From Minisyncoccota bacterium (GTDB lineage: Bacteria; Patescibacteriota; Minisyncoccia; Phycocordibacterales; DASSSU01), in assembly GCA_035708305.1 (NCBI GenBank), contig DASSSU010000020.1, forward strand, positions 8,481 to 72,480: a stretch of 64,000 nt of DNA, given 5' to 3'. The notes beneath the pieces were generated by a model, which worked only from the letters and a program-made list of their open reading frames with translations, made no database searches and was not told the DNA's origin. How positions within the stretch are numbered: the stretch's first letter is position 1; each line of letters starts with the position of its first letter. The position numbers and the translations under genes were made by a program. Positions 9,396-18,089 of the stretch are shown here, in pieces.

Positions 9396-10079
9396 TTACT
9401 TCCGTCCCTCCACTAAAATCACAAATTCTCCACGCTGCTTTTCCGGATATACTCGAAGCTTCTCCAAGATTTCGTCCACGGTTCCAGACAAGAATTCTTC
9501 GTGGATTTTCGTCAGCTCTCGCGCAATTGCAATTTTTCGTTCCGGCTCTAGGTGCGAGCGCATTTCCTCAAGCGTCTTCATCACGCGATACGGAGACTCA
9601 TAAAAAGCCACCGTGCGCTTGGACCCTGCCGTTTCTTCAAAAAGCGTTTTTCGTCCTTTTTTCCGCGGCAAGAACCCAAGAAACAAAAAGTCCGACGCCG
9701 GAAGGCCAGAAAGGGCGAGCGCGGCAATGAGTGCCGAAGGACCGGGAATCACGCTGATCATCACTTCATCGCCAAAACGTTCACGCGCTTTTGACACCAA
9801 CTGCACGCCAGGATCGGAAATGCACGGCATCCCGGAATCCGACACAAGGGCAAGGTTTTTTCCTTCCGCGAGCATTGCAAGAATCCGGTCGCTCTTCGCT
9901 TCACGGCTGTTAGCATGGTAACTCATGGTTGCGGCATGAATGTCGTATCGCGAAAGAAGTTTTTTGGTCACGCGCGTATCTTCGCACAAAATTATATCCG
10001 CTTCCCGGAGTGTCCGAAGCGCGCGAGCGGAGATGTCTTCAAGGTTGCCGATCGGAGTTGCGACGATGGAGAGAGGCAT
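9396..10079 (-). CDS. rsmI: 16S rRNA (cytidine1402-2'-O)-methyltransferase
   Basis: N-terminus MPLSIVATPIGNLEDISARALRTLREADIILCEDTR is the RsmI/tetrapyrrole-methylase family signature. Confidence 0.85.
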   Translation of the reverse strand: MPLSIVATPIGNLEDISARALRTLREADIILCEDTRVTKKLLSRYDIHAATMSYHANSREAKSDRILAMLAEGKNLALVSDSGMPCISDPGVQLVSKARERFGDEVMISVIPGPSALIAALALSGLPASDFLFLGFLPRKKGRKTLFEETAGSKRTVAFYESPYRVMKTLEEMRSHLEPERKIAIARELTKIHEEFLSGTVDEILEKLRVYPEKQRGEFVILVEGRK

Positions 10080-10178
10080 GGATGAAAAAAATTAATTTGA
10101 GAAATTCGCAGAATGTTCCTTTCGAAATTTGCGGGTTCACAAGAAAAGAATATTCAGAATTTCTCCCGTAACTTTAAA

Positions 10179-10565
10179 TTAAAACTTTTCCTTGATCTTT
10201 TTGACGATGTCTTCAATGTCCCAGTCTGCCTTCACGAGATAGTCTACTAAGCCGTACTGCTGAGCAAAGGCCACATCCGTCAAACCGCTTGAGTTCGTGA
10301 GAAACATGACCTTGATCTTGTCACCCCAGAGCGAAGACTTCATCTCCTGGTACACCGCGAGACCGTTCTTCTTCGGCATGGCAATGTCCAGCAGCACCAA
10401 ATCCGGCCGGAGTTCTTCAAGCATCTGAAGCGCCTCTTCCCCATCCGCCGCTCCGAAAACCTCAAATTCCGGCTCCACTGAAAGACGATCTATGAGCGCC
10501 TCCCGAAGCGGATTTTCATCTTCTGCTACGAGAATTTTTCTTTTTTGCGGTTCTTCGTCAGCCAT
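10179..10565 (-). CDS. Single-domain response regulator (CheY-like receiver)
   Basis: KILVAEDENPLREAL...DLVLLDIAMPKKNG carries the receiver-domain acidic pocket and phospho-acceptor Asp context. 128 aa with no output domain. Confidence 0.8.
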   Translation of the reverse strand: MADEEPQKRKILVAEDENPLREALIDRLSVEPEFEVFGAADGEEALQMLEELRPDLVLLDIAMPKKNGLAVYQEMKSSLWGDKIKVMFLTNSSGLTDVAFAQQYGLVDYLVKADWDIEDIVKKIKEKF

Positions 10566-10708
10566 ATATTTGTTTTAATTACTTCGATTTATTGTAACAA
10601 AAAGGCTGGTAAAAAGATAGAAAGTGGCCTGCACACCAGAGATTACTGTCCTCAAAAATCCCAAAAAACCACGTGTGATATAATAGACACATAATTTCGC
10701 ATCTCACC

Positions 10709-11014
10709 ATGCTCCACGAAAAACGCGAACAATTGAGCGAATACACACAAGACATGAAACGTGCGGTGGATTCTTTGCGTGAAGAACTGGAAGCGATGGA
10801 CTGGTATCTGCAGCGCGCTGATGCGACGGAAGATGCGAACTTGAAAAAAATTTTGCTTCACAACCGCAAAGAAGAGAGTGAACACGCCGCGATGCTGCTT
10901 GAGTGGATTCGCCAACATGACGAGGATTTTGATCAGCACCTTCACGAATATCTTTTTTCTGATGCGGAGGATATCGCCGCCTCAGAAGAAAACAAGGATG
11001 ACGAAGACAAATGA
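10709..11014 (+). CDS. EncFtn-family ferritin-like protein (no obvious encapsulin targeting peptide)
   Basis: EELEAMDWY (Ex6Y) and EESEHAAMLLEW (ExxH) match the encapsulated-ferritin ferroxidase-site motifs. ~100 aa with an acidic C-terminal tail. Confidence 0.5.
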   Translation: MLHEKREQLSEYTQDMKRAVDSLREELEAMDWYLQRADATEDANLKKILLHNRKEESEHAAMLLEWIRQHDEDFDQHLHEYLFSDAEDIAASEENKDDEDK

Positions 11015-11041
11015 CCCTGAAACTTCAACTCTCAGAAACCT

Positions 11042-11653
11042 ATGACCAAGCAGGAAAAACTTGAAAAACTGAATCTTGAAATGAACGAAAGCTGTCTTTG
11101 CGAGTTGAAAGCCACAGCCAAAAACCCGGTACCGGGATTTGGAAACGCAAACGCAGAAATCATGTTCATCGGAGAAGCACCAGGAAAGACCGAGGACGAA
11201 CAAGGCCTCCCGTTCGTCGGTGCCGCAGGAAAATTTCTCGACACCATGCTTGCGTCGGTCAATCTGAAACGCGAAGATGTGTATATCACCAATGTCGTCA
11301 AATACCGCCCGCCGAACAACCGCGATCCATTTCCGGAAGAAGTGGAAGCCTGCTTTCCTTGGCTTCGGGCGCAGGTAGAGCTGATCGATCCTACACTTAT
11401 CGTGCTTCTCGGACGGCACGCCCTCATGCGATTCTTGCCGAAACTCAGGATCTCGGAAGTGCACGGAAAAATAGTGCACGCAAAAGTGCTCGGTTTAGGA
11501 CCACGAACATATTTTCCACTCTATCATCCCGCTGTCGCTCTCTACCAGGGCAACTCACGTGATCTACTCTTGGAAGACTTTTCCAAGATCCCAGAAATTT
11601 TGCAAAAAGAAAAACCCGCACGTGAATTGCGGGAAAATACGGAGAAAATGTAA
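11042..11653 (+). CDS. Uracil-DNA glycosylase, family 4
   Basis: GEAPG motif (IGEAPGKTEDEQGLPFVGAAGKFLD) and a C-terminal HPA-type motif region. 203 aa. Confidence 0.85.
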   Translation: MTKQEKLEKLNLEMNESCLCELKATAKNPVPGFGNANAEIMFIGEAPGKTEDEQGLPFVGAAGKFLDTMLASVNLKREDVYITNVVKYRPPNNRDPFPEEVEACFPWLRAQVELIDPTLIVLLGRHALMRFLPKLRISEVHGKIVHAKVLGLGPRTYFPLYHPAVALYQGNSRDLLLEDFSKIPEILQKEKPARELRENTEKM

Positions 11654-11679
11654 TTTTTTCAAAAAGAATTCTCACAAGA

Positions 11680-12060
11680 TCAAGGAATCAGCTGTCCTAC
11701 GCTCGCAAGTCCGGGAACCTGCGCGGTTTCGGTGCCAATGCCAAAAGTGGTTTGAAGCATGCCGACAATCCCCCAAAACGAAACCATAACAAACAGCACG
11801 AGGATTCCCATCAGCATAGTGTTGAACCCTGCTTTCCGCCCTTCGGGACTTCCCGCGTTTAAAATAAATTTCAGCATTCCAAAAATAAAGAAGACCACCG
11901 CAAGAGAGATGAAAAGCGGGATGATTTGCGAAAGCAGGCCGCCCACCGTAGCAAGCACGCCCGAGAGGTCGTCCGCCGCGAAAGCAAAAGACGGTGCCAA
12001 AACAGCACCCAAAAGTGAAAGATAAAAAAGTGGCTTTTTCATGGACTCAAACCATATCAT
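11680..12060 (-). CDS. Small secreted membrane protein (signal peptide + 2 TM; possibly TrbC/VirB2 pilin-like)
   Basis: Signal peptide ending AFAADD followed by two long hydrophobic helices. Size and topology resemble conjugative pilin-like proteins, but no diagnostic motif was seen. Confidence 0.3.
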   Translation of the reverse strand: MIWFESMKKPLFYLSLLGAVLAPSFAFAADDLSGVLATVGGLLSQIIPLFISLAVVFFIFGMLKFILNAGSPEGRKAGFNTMLMGILVLFVMVSFWGIVGMLQTTFGIGTETAQVPGLASVGQLIP

Positions 12061-12087
12061 CTTTCTCTTCTTTTTTCAAGTTTTCGC

Positions 12088-12123
12088 CCCAAAAAAGAAA
12101 AGCCCGTGGGAATTCCACGGGCT
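12088..12123 (-). terminator. Rho-independent terminator downstream of the 12155..12799 gene
   Basis: Perfect hairpin agcccgtggg-aatt-ccacgggct, followed on the minus strand by a T-run (tttcttttttgggg). Confidence 0.6.
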
Positions 12124-12154
12124 TTAAAAAAGGAACAGTAATATTGTCGGAATA

Positions 12155-12799
12155 CTACGGGTTCGTTTTGTAATAAAAAGAGGCAATTTTTTTGCCGTAT
12201 AAACCGATTCTCTCCGGCGAAATCTCTCCTTGGCGAAGTCGGTCGGTGAGCATGGAAATATATCGCGACCGGGATTCCGAGCTCTCTTCTTCTCTAATTT
12301 TTTTCAGAAAATGACGCGCATCCCGTCTACAACGCGCTACTCGAATTTTTTCAATTTTTTTAGAGCTCATTCTTACATCTGAAAGAGACAAACCACCATT
12401 CTGAAGAGTTGCATTCAGAAGATGAAGGTCTTTCCCAAACGTATGAGCACCGGCATTTCTTCTTCTCAATCGGTGCAAAAACCAAAAAGCCTCAAACCGA
12501 TACGCTTTCCTTCGAAGCTGGTGCAATTCCTCAGTGCTGGTACCAATACTTTCCAGAGTAAAGCCCTGTTCCCTGATGATTTGAAAAAAATCACGGAGTA
12601 CCCTATCGAACCATTCGGCTCTGAATTCACGATAACGCAGAGCACCCAAAATCCCGCGAACTTCTTCCTTGTAATTCCTCCTTTGTGATCGGAATTCTTT
12701 CGGATCCATGCCGAGTTGTTGACACCGCTCCATCCCTCTTTGAAAACCAGACTCAAATGGGCAATCACGCAGCTCTTGAAGAAAATCGTCGTACTCCAT
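12155..12799 (-). CDS. Hypothetical protein (214 aa, Arg-rich, no recognised motif)
   Basis: Clean ORF with its own terminator. No family signature is recognisable by eye. Confidence 0.4.
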   Translation of the reverse strand: MEYDDFLQELRDCPFESGFQRGMERCQQLGMDPKEFRSQRRNYKEEVRGILGALRYREFRAEWFDRVLRDFFQIIREQGFTLESIGTSTEELHQLRRKAYRFEAFWFLHRLRRRNAGAHTFGKDLHLLNATLQNGGLSLSDVRMSSKKIEKIRVARCRRDARHFLKKIREEESSESRSRYISMLTDRLRQGEISPERIGLYGKKIASFYYKTNP

Positions 12800-12873
12800 A
12801 GAGACTCCTTTCAGGATGTGCAGGATTTACTGAACCATGGAAACACTATCACTCAAATTTTTGTGTGTCAATC

Positions 12874-13665
12874 CTACACGTACGCTTTCATTTTCTCGAT
12901 GATTTCGTCGATAGAGAAGTTGGCCTTGATGAGAAAATCTGCCGCGCCGGAATTCTTGGCTTTCTCAATTTTTTCCGCGTCACCCAGGTTTGAGAGAATA
13001 ATCACGGGAATATGCAAGAGCTCAGGATTCTGCTTCAGCTGTTCCAAAACTTCAAAACCGCTCATGCCGGGAAGGATGAGGTCAAGTAAAATAATGTCCG
13101 GCCTCTCCTTTCCCGCGATCTCCAATGCGCTTTTTCCGTCCACCGCATAAAAAATATGATGCATTCTCTGGGAAAGCTTTTTCCCCATGAGGCTTCGCAA
13201 GAATTCATCGTCCTCCACCACAAGAATTTTGGCATTTTCGATGGTGCCTTCCGACATGCCGCCTTCTGAAGCCGTTTCTTCTCCCGGCATTTCTCCCAAA
13301 GCTTTTTTTACTTTTTCCAATACCTCATCAGGATTGAAATTGGCTTTGATCATGTAGTCGACCGCACCAAGCTGAAGCACGCGCTCTATTTCGATCGGCT
13401 CGCCGGAGTTGGAGATCACGATCACCGGTATATCTCGCAGCCCCACATCTGCTTTGCAGGATTCCAAGACTTCGTATCCGTTCATTTTTGGAAGAACAAT
13501 ATCTAAAAGGATCAAATCCGGCTTCCATTCCCGAATTTTCTGCAAACCCGACTCTCCGTCTCCCACCAAAACAGCCGTGTAGCCCAAATTTGAAAGTTTG
13601 TTCGTGAGAATCCCACCGAGAAATTCATTGTCTTCAACGATAAGAATTTTTTTTGAGGTTTCCAT
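12874..13665 (-). CDS. Response regulator with two tandem receiver domains
   Basis: Two REC domains (KILIVEDNEFLGGIL...DLILLDIVLPKMNG and KILVVEDDEFLRSLM...DIILLDLILPGMSG). No DNA-binding output domain. Confidence 0.8.
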   Translation of the reverse strand: METSKKILIVEDNEFLGGILTNKLSNLGYTAVLVGDGESGLQKIREWKPDLILLDIVLPKMNGYEVLESCKADVGLRDIPVIVISNSGEPIEIERVLQLGAVDYMIKANFNPDEVLEKVKKALGEMPGEETASEGGMSEGTIENAKILVVEDDEFLRSLMGKKLSQRMHHIFYAVDGKSALEIAGKERPDIILLDLILPGMSGFEVLEQLKQNPELLHIPVIILSNLGDAEKIEKAKNSGAADFLIKANFSIDEIIEKMKAYV

Positions 13666-13670
13666 AGAGG

Positions 13671-14588
13671 TTACTTTGCCTTGGGAATGGTGAAGAAGAA
13701 CGAGGTGCCCTTTGTTTTCCCCTCTTCAAACCAAATATTCCCGCCATGCTTTTTTACAATATCTGAAGCGATAAAAAGACCGAGACCAGATCCGTCTGTC
13801 CGCAGGCGCACGGCGTTTTCCGCACGGAAGAACTTGCCGAAGATTTTCTCCCGAGCTTCTTTCGGAATCCCGATTCCATCATCCGCTACCGTGATTTGGA
13901 GCATTTCCGCACCAGTATCTTCCACCCGCACGCTCACTGTTCCAGTATTCATTATATATCGCACGGCGTTCTCTACCAAGTTCTGTATCACCGCACGAAG
14001 TTTGCTTTTGTCCGCCCAGACATGCGGATAATCCTTGAAACGATCTTCAAAACGAAGCATCACGCCGCCGGCTTCCGCTTTCGGTTTGAGGTCAGAGAGA
14101 ACACTGTCAACCACTTCGCGGATGTCTACAGAAGCAAAACGGTAGGCATCCTTCCCGGCTTCAATATGGTCCACATCCAGCAAGTCATTCACCAAGGCAA
14201 TCATGCGATCATTGGACTCAATGCTTTTTTGGATGATGTTGCGCTGCTCGTCGTTCAGCTCGCCTGCCTCCCCTTGGACCAAAATGTCCAACCCCCACTT
14301 GATCCCGGAGAGCGGCGTTCGAAGCTGGTGCGCCGCCACGGAGACAAATTCCGATTTTGCCTGATCAAGCTTTTCAAGTTTTTCGTTCGCCTTTGAAAGT
14401 GCCAAGTCCCGCTGGATCAAGAGCCGCGCCGCAGTCTCCTGCTCTGCCAAAAGACCCAAAAGCCGCTTCATTTCTTTCTGAAGCTTTTCATTCTGAAGCT
14501 GCAAAGAGACAAGATCGTCCGTTTCCGGAAGATCTATTCCCCCAGTGCGCAGATCACGACCGTCCCGTTGTGAAATTCCGGATTGCAT
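13671..14588 (-). CDS. Cytoplasmic sensor histidine kinase (HisKA + HATPase_c)
   Basis: H-box SVAAHQLRTPL, N-box NLVENAVRY, G1 DDGIGIP and G2 GSGLGL are all present. No transmembrane segment. N-terminal coiled coil. Confidence 0.85.
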   Translation of the reverse strand: MQSGISQRDGRDLRTGGIDLPETDDLVSLQLQNEKLQKEMKRLLGLLAEQETAARLLIQRDLALSKANEKLEKLDQAKSEFVSVAAHQLRTPLSGIKWGLDILVQGEAGELNDEQRNIIQKSIESNDRMIALVNDLLDVDHIEAGKDAYRFASVDIREVVDSVLSDLKPKAEAGGVMLRFEDRFKDYPHVWADKSKLRAVIQNLVENAVRYIMNTGTVSVRVEDTGAEMLQITVADDGIGIPKEAREKIFGKFFRAENAVRLRTDGSGLGLFIASDIVKKHGGNIWFEEGKTKGTSFFFTIPKAK

Positions 14589-15745
14589 TGTTCTTGATTT
14601 TTTATTTCGCCGTTCATCGGTGCCTGCTCGCCGTAGGTATAAAACCCGATGATTGGCACATCAGCACCAAGCTCTTTTTGAATGGTGCGAATTTCTTCAT
14701 CGGCACGTTCACCAAAAAGCTTCCGCCGTGCCACTCCACTCCAGACAAACGCCACGCGCGGTTCCTTGCCGTCCAAATTTTTCTTTGCCGCTGCTGCTGC
14801 TACCCCCGCCATTTCGATCGCTTTTTCAACGCTCCCCACCATCAGCCGCACCTCCGCTCCTTCCGGCACTTCCGCTGCACAGGTGATCGCTCCATCCGCG
14901 TCCACCGTGAGCGGATCCCGGATGAGCAAATGCGCTTTCCCTTCCATACTCACGCCAAGCGGATACATGATAGCATTTTTTGCCAGCACATTTTCTTTGA
15001 GTTCCCGTGCATTTTCTTCTCCGAAATAATCTTCATACAAACGAATCGCCGGCTTTCCATCCAGTTCGTAGAGCACCGAACCTTCGCTCTTGGTCACCTT
15101 TTTTGGAAGTCCGATCGGTGTCCAGCCGTGCTCCACTGCAACCCCAAAAGAAAACTCTCCAGAAAAGCCAATCCCCACCACCGCCCCGGAATACACTTTT
15201 TCGCCGCAGTATTGATACGTTTTTTCAAAATGCAGATCATCCCCCGAGGCACCCCCCGCTACCGGGAAGTGCTCTCCCAAAGAGTCCAATACGCCGCGAA
15301 CGATCTCACTTCCGTTTCCCGCGCGGCCATCCGGAAACATCATGAAAAACCGAAGGTCTTCCCCCAGCTTCTCTGCATCTGCTTTCACCTGGTCCGCAAC
15401 CTGCTTTCCTGCTTCTCGAGAATGATCTTTCAAACCTTCCGCCACGGATAGAAAAAAATTCACGGTGTTCGACGCCAGCACCATCACCGCGACGGAATTT
15501 TTCTTCGATGAACCGGCACCGGTGATCTCACCCGCCGTGGAAGCTCCCGCAAGCGGGACTCCTCCGCTCACCGAACGAACCCCGCGAAGCACTTCCTCCT
15601 GGTCATATTTCACCGATGCAAAGACAATGATCAGCTTTGCAGCATGCGTATCCGCCCCCAACTTCAAAAATGCTTCTTGGCAGGCATTCACGCCCACCAG
15701 AAAAGCATCGTCTCCGTAGTTTATTCCAATTCCCGCACGCAGCAT
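14534..15745 (-). CDS. FIST domain sensory protein
   Basis: The N-terminal FIST_N-like region (GIGINYGDDAFLVGVNACQEA...IIVFASVKYDQ) and the overall ~400 aa architecture match FIST N+C domains. Overlaps the kinase start by ~55 nt. Confidence 0.65.
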   Translation of the reverse strand: MLRAGIGINYGDDAFLVGVNACQEAFLKLGADTHAAKLIIVFASVKYDQEEVLRGVRSVSGGVPLAGASTAGEITGAGSSKKNSVAVMVLASNTVNFFLSVAEGLKDHSREAGKQVADQVKADAEKLGEDLRFFMMFPDGRAGNGSEIVRGVLDSLGEHFPVAGGASGDDLHFEKTYQYCGEKVYSGAVVGIGFSGEFSFGVAVEHGWTPIGLPKKVTKSEGSVLYELDGKPAIRLYEDYFGEENARELKENVLAKNAIMYPLGVSMEGKAHLLIRDPLTVDADGAITCAAEVPEGAEVRLMVGSVEKAIEMAGVAAAAAKKNLDGKEPRVAFVWSGVARRKLFGERADEEIRTIQKELGADVPIIGFYTYGEQAPMNGEIKNQEQCNPEFHNGTVVICALGE

Positions 15746-15834
15746 GTTTATTGAGAGATTTATTTTATTCTAGCACATCTCTCATTTGCTTTTTGGAAGA
15801 TATCCACGCAAAAATTTTCCTCACCACAAATTAG

Positions 15835-16365
15835 CTAATAAAGCTCTTTGTTTTTGAATGGGATCAGAGAAAGGATGACCGCTTCCGTATAATATTTTGT
15901 TCTATCAATAGCATTGTCGGTCAAAATCCCCACCGCGCCATTTTGTTGCTTTGAGTTCGTTCTTCCAAAGACAATATCATCCGCTTCACCGAGCTCTTTT
16001 CCTTGTTTCACCAGCTCAACAATTTTTCTTGGCAAGAAAAAAGTACTCGTTCTTGCTTTTCCCAAAATGCCATCTTTTGATTTCACAACCACCCAAGCAA
16101 ACACTTCCATACCAGTGTCCCGCTCTTCAATTCCTCCTTCAATGCCAACCCAGAAATCCGCGTGAGGCACTTCTTGGCAAGCATTCTCAATTCTGTTGTG
16201 GGCACCGGAAAAAGTTTCTGCATCACTCTGCGGCTGTGCACTTACCCCGGAAGGCACCAATACTCCTTCAACCTCAAACTGCTCATCCGGAAACATTTTC
16301 TGAAAACCACCAAGAGCGGCATTTATCTTTACCGGGTTTTGAGAAGCAACAATAATTTTCTTCAT
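15835..16365 (-). CDS. Inosine/xanthosine triphosphatase (YjjX/Maf-Ham1-like)
   Basis: MKKIIVASQNPVKINAALGGFQKMFPDEQFEVEGVLVPSGVSAQPQSDAETFSGAHNRIENA...DFWVGIEGGIE aligns closely with E. coli YjjX. The ORF-track N-terminal extension (to 16473) overlaps the tRNA and was rejected. Confidence 0.75.
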   Translation of the reverse strand: MKKIIVASQNPVKINAALGGFQKMFPDEQFEVEGVLVPSGVSAQPQSDAETFSGAHNRIENACQEVPHADFWVGIEGGIEERDTGMEVFAWVVVKSKDGILGKARTSTFFLPRKIVELVKQGKELGEADDIVFGRTNSKQQNGAVGILTDNAIDRTKYYTEAVILSLIPFKNKELY

Positions 16366-16437
16366 AAAAAATTCTGCTGAACGCTTCAAAAGCATGAGCG
16401 AAAATGCTCTGAAGGTCTCATTTTCTCTTTTATTTTG

Positions 16438-16511
16438 TGCGCATGCCAGGACTCGAACCTGGGACCTCGTCATTATCAGTGACGCGCTCTAACCACCTGA
16501 GCTACACGCGC
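16438..16511 (-). tRNA. tRNA-Ile (anticodon GAU)
   Basis: Reverse complement reads GCGCGTGTAGCTCAGGTGGTTAGAGCGCGTCACTGATAATGACGAGGTCCCAGGTTCGAGTCCTGGCATGCGCA. It has a 7-bp acceptor stem, D-loop AGCTCAGGTGGTTAGAGC, anticodon loop CTGATAA and T-loop GGTTCGAGTCC. CCA is not encoded. Confidence 0.85.
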
Positions 16512-16577
16512 ATATCTACCAGAAATATACCAGAAACAAGCTTTTTTTCCAAGTTTCTGAAGGATTCCACCATATCC

Positions 16578-16832
16578 TTACAAAATTTCCTGCACCATTC
16601 CCATGGGGATGAAAAGAAAAGCAATCTTCTTCTCTTTTTCATGCTCCTTGAAATAATTTGCACTGGAATGAAGTCGGTGTGAAACTGGATTCTTGATGAT
16701 GAGGTATTCCTCTGCTTGTTCTTGGACAAAGCCCGTCGTTTTCACCAGCGGCAGTCCTGGAGAGACATCTCCGCGGCAATAATGCACCGCATCTTTCCAG
16801 ATGACAGTGATTTTTTGATGCTTATTTTTCAT
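16578..16832 (-). CDS. Small hypothetical protein, paralog A of a tandem pair
   Basis: 84 aa. Shares TVIWKDA/TIIFWRDA, PGL and TTGFV..EE.L motifs with the adjacent 84-aa ORF. Confidence 0.4.
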   Translation of the reverse strand: MKNKHQKITVIWKDAVHYCRGDVSPGLPLVKTTGFVQEQAEEYLIIKNPVSHRLHSSANYFKEHEKEKKIAFLFIPMGMVQEIL

Positions 16833-17076
16833 AGGTGATATCCTCTCGTTTTACAATAACATTTTTTGGAATCAAAAATCCGTCGACCACTTCCGAGCTT
16901 TTTTCTCCAGTTTCATCGTAGTCGAGATTTGTAGCAAGATTCACAAAATCCTCCGTTTCATTTACCACCACCCCAAACGTCACTTGAAGACCAGGACGGT
17001 CTTTCGGGAGTGTCTTCTTATACGAAAAACCGGCATCTCTCCAGAAAATAATCGTGAACTGAGATCTCTTCTTCAT
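16822..17076 (-). CDS. Small hypothetical protein, paralog B of a tandem pair
   Basis: 84 aa. Overlaps paralog A by 11 nt, with a homologous N-terminal ~50 residues. Confidence 0.4.
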   Translation of the reverse strand: MKKRSQFTIIFWRDAGFSYKKTLPKDRPGLQVTFGVVVNETEDFVNLATNLDYDETGEKSSEVVDGFLIPKNVIVKREDITYEK

Positions 17077-17142
17077 AAAAAATATTTTACCAAAAAAATA
17101 AGGGCATGCCCATATGACACGCCCACCTCCTTCAGTTAAATT

Positions 17143-17316
17143 TTATTTCTTTTTTCCAAAAACAGCGTCGATCAGGCTGTCAATTCCAGATTTTTTGTAT
17201 GGAATCTCACCTGAACGTCGCGCATCATTGCGTGCTTTGTGCCAGTTCTTGCTTACTTTTTTCGTGCCAACTCCTGTGTCTCTCGCTGCGTCTTTTTTAC
17301 CGTAACCTTTACCCAT
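17143..17316 (-). CDS. Small lysine-rich ORF (57 aa), hypothetical
   Basis: Manual translation gives MGKGYGKKDAARDTGVGTKKVSKNWHKARNDARRSGEIPYKKSGIDSLIDAVFGKKK. It is below the ORF-track cutoff and lies between map/ndk and the paralog pair, where infA/rpmJ would conventionally sit. Confidence 0.25.
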   Translation of the reverse strand: MGKGYGKKDAARDTGVGTKKVSKNWHKARNDARRSGEIPYKKSGIDSLIDAVFGKKK

Positions 17317-17415
17317 CACATTGCACCTCAGTAAAGTAGAGCATTTTAACCTGGCTTGTCGCCAAAACTAATTTAGCAAATCTCAATTTTTTTTTCAAGC
17401 TCTAGAGAATAAATT

Positions 17416-18078
17416 TTATTCCAAAATCCCATCCAAGTTTACGTCGTAGAGAATTGCCTCCTGGACCAGACGGTATTCAAGAATTTCGTTTTCTTTGAAC
17501 CAGAGTTTGATCTCTCGTTCCGCCTCTTCCGGAGAGTCCGAACAGTGAATGAGATTGCGGATGGCACGATCATCAACGGTAGAGATCTCGTAGGAATCTA
17601 CAGTATAGTCACCGCGAATTGTTCCCACATCAGATGTCGTCGGCTCCGTACCGCCCACGAGCTTTTTTACAATAGCAACGCTCCGATTTCCTTCGATGAC
17701 AAATGCGAGCACCGGACCCGACGTCATATAGTGGGCATTCGCGCGAATAATGTCCTTTCCATACTCGATCGCCTCTTTTTCCACCGGAAGACCGTGCTTT
17801 TCACGATCTTTTACGATGTTGCCGCCCTTTTCCGTAAACCACACATCATCTTTCTGATAATGATCCCAGCACTGTTGTTCATTCGGAATCAGAAATTTGA
17901 AAGCAATGAACTTCAGCCCTGTGCGTTCAAAGCGGCTCACAATTTCTCCCATAAGTGAACGCTGTACACCATCCGGCTTGATGATCACCAGCGTGCGCTC
18001 TTTTTTTGGATGTTTTTGCATAATATAAAAGAAAATAAAATATACGCACACTATAACAAGCATGCCGCTTTTTTTCAA
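17416..18078 (-). CDS. ndk: Nucleoside diphosphate kinase (long form; true start possibly the internal Met at ~18018)
   Basis: LVIIKPDGVQRSLMGEIVSRFERTGLKFIAFKF, NAHYMTSGPVLAFVIEG, GTIRGDY and NLIHCSDSPEEAEREIKLWF are the NDK signature blocks. There is an extra N-terminal hydrophobic segment and an internal insertion. Confidence 0.85.
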   Translation of the reverse strand: MKKSGMLVIVCVYFIFFYIMQKHPKKERTLVIIKPDGVQRSLMGEIVSRFERTGLKFIAFKFLIPNEQQCWDHYQKDDVWFTEKGGNIVKDREKHGLPVEKEAIEYGKDIIRANAHYMTSGPVLAFVIEGNRSVAIVKKLVGGTEPTTSDVGTIRGDYTVDSYEISTVDDRAIRNLIHCSDSPEEAEREIKLWFKENEILEYRLVQEAILYDVNLDGILE

Positions 18079-18089
18079 GATTTTTTTCT

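Noticed and set aside
16366-16473. N-terminal 36-aa extension of the YjjX-like ORF
   Set aside because: The extension overlaps the tRNA-Ile gene and precedes a canonical MKKIIVASQNPVKI start that matches the YjjX family N-terminus.
16437-16682. 81-aa plus-strand ORF MRMPGLEPGTSSLSVTRSNHLSYTR...
   Set aside because: It is the antisense reading of the tRNA-Ile gene (16438-16511), not a protein gene.
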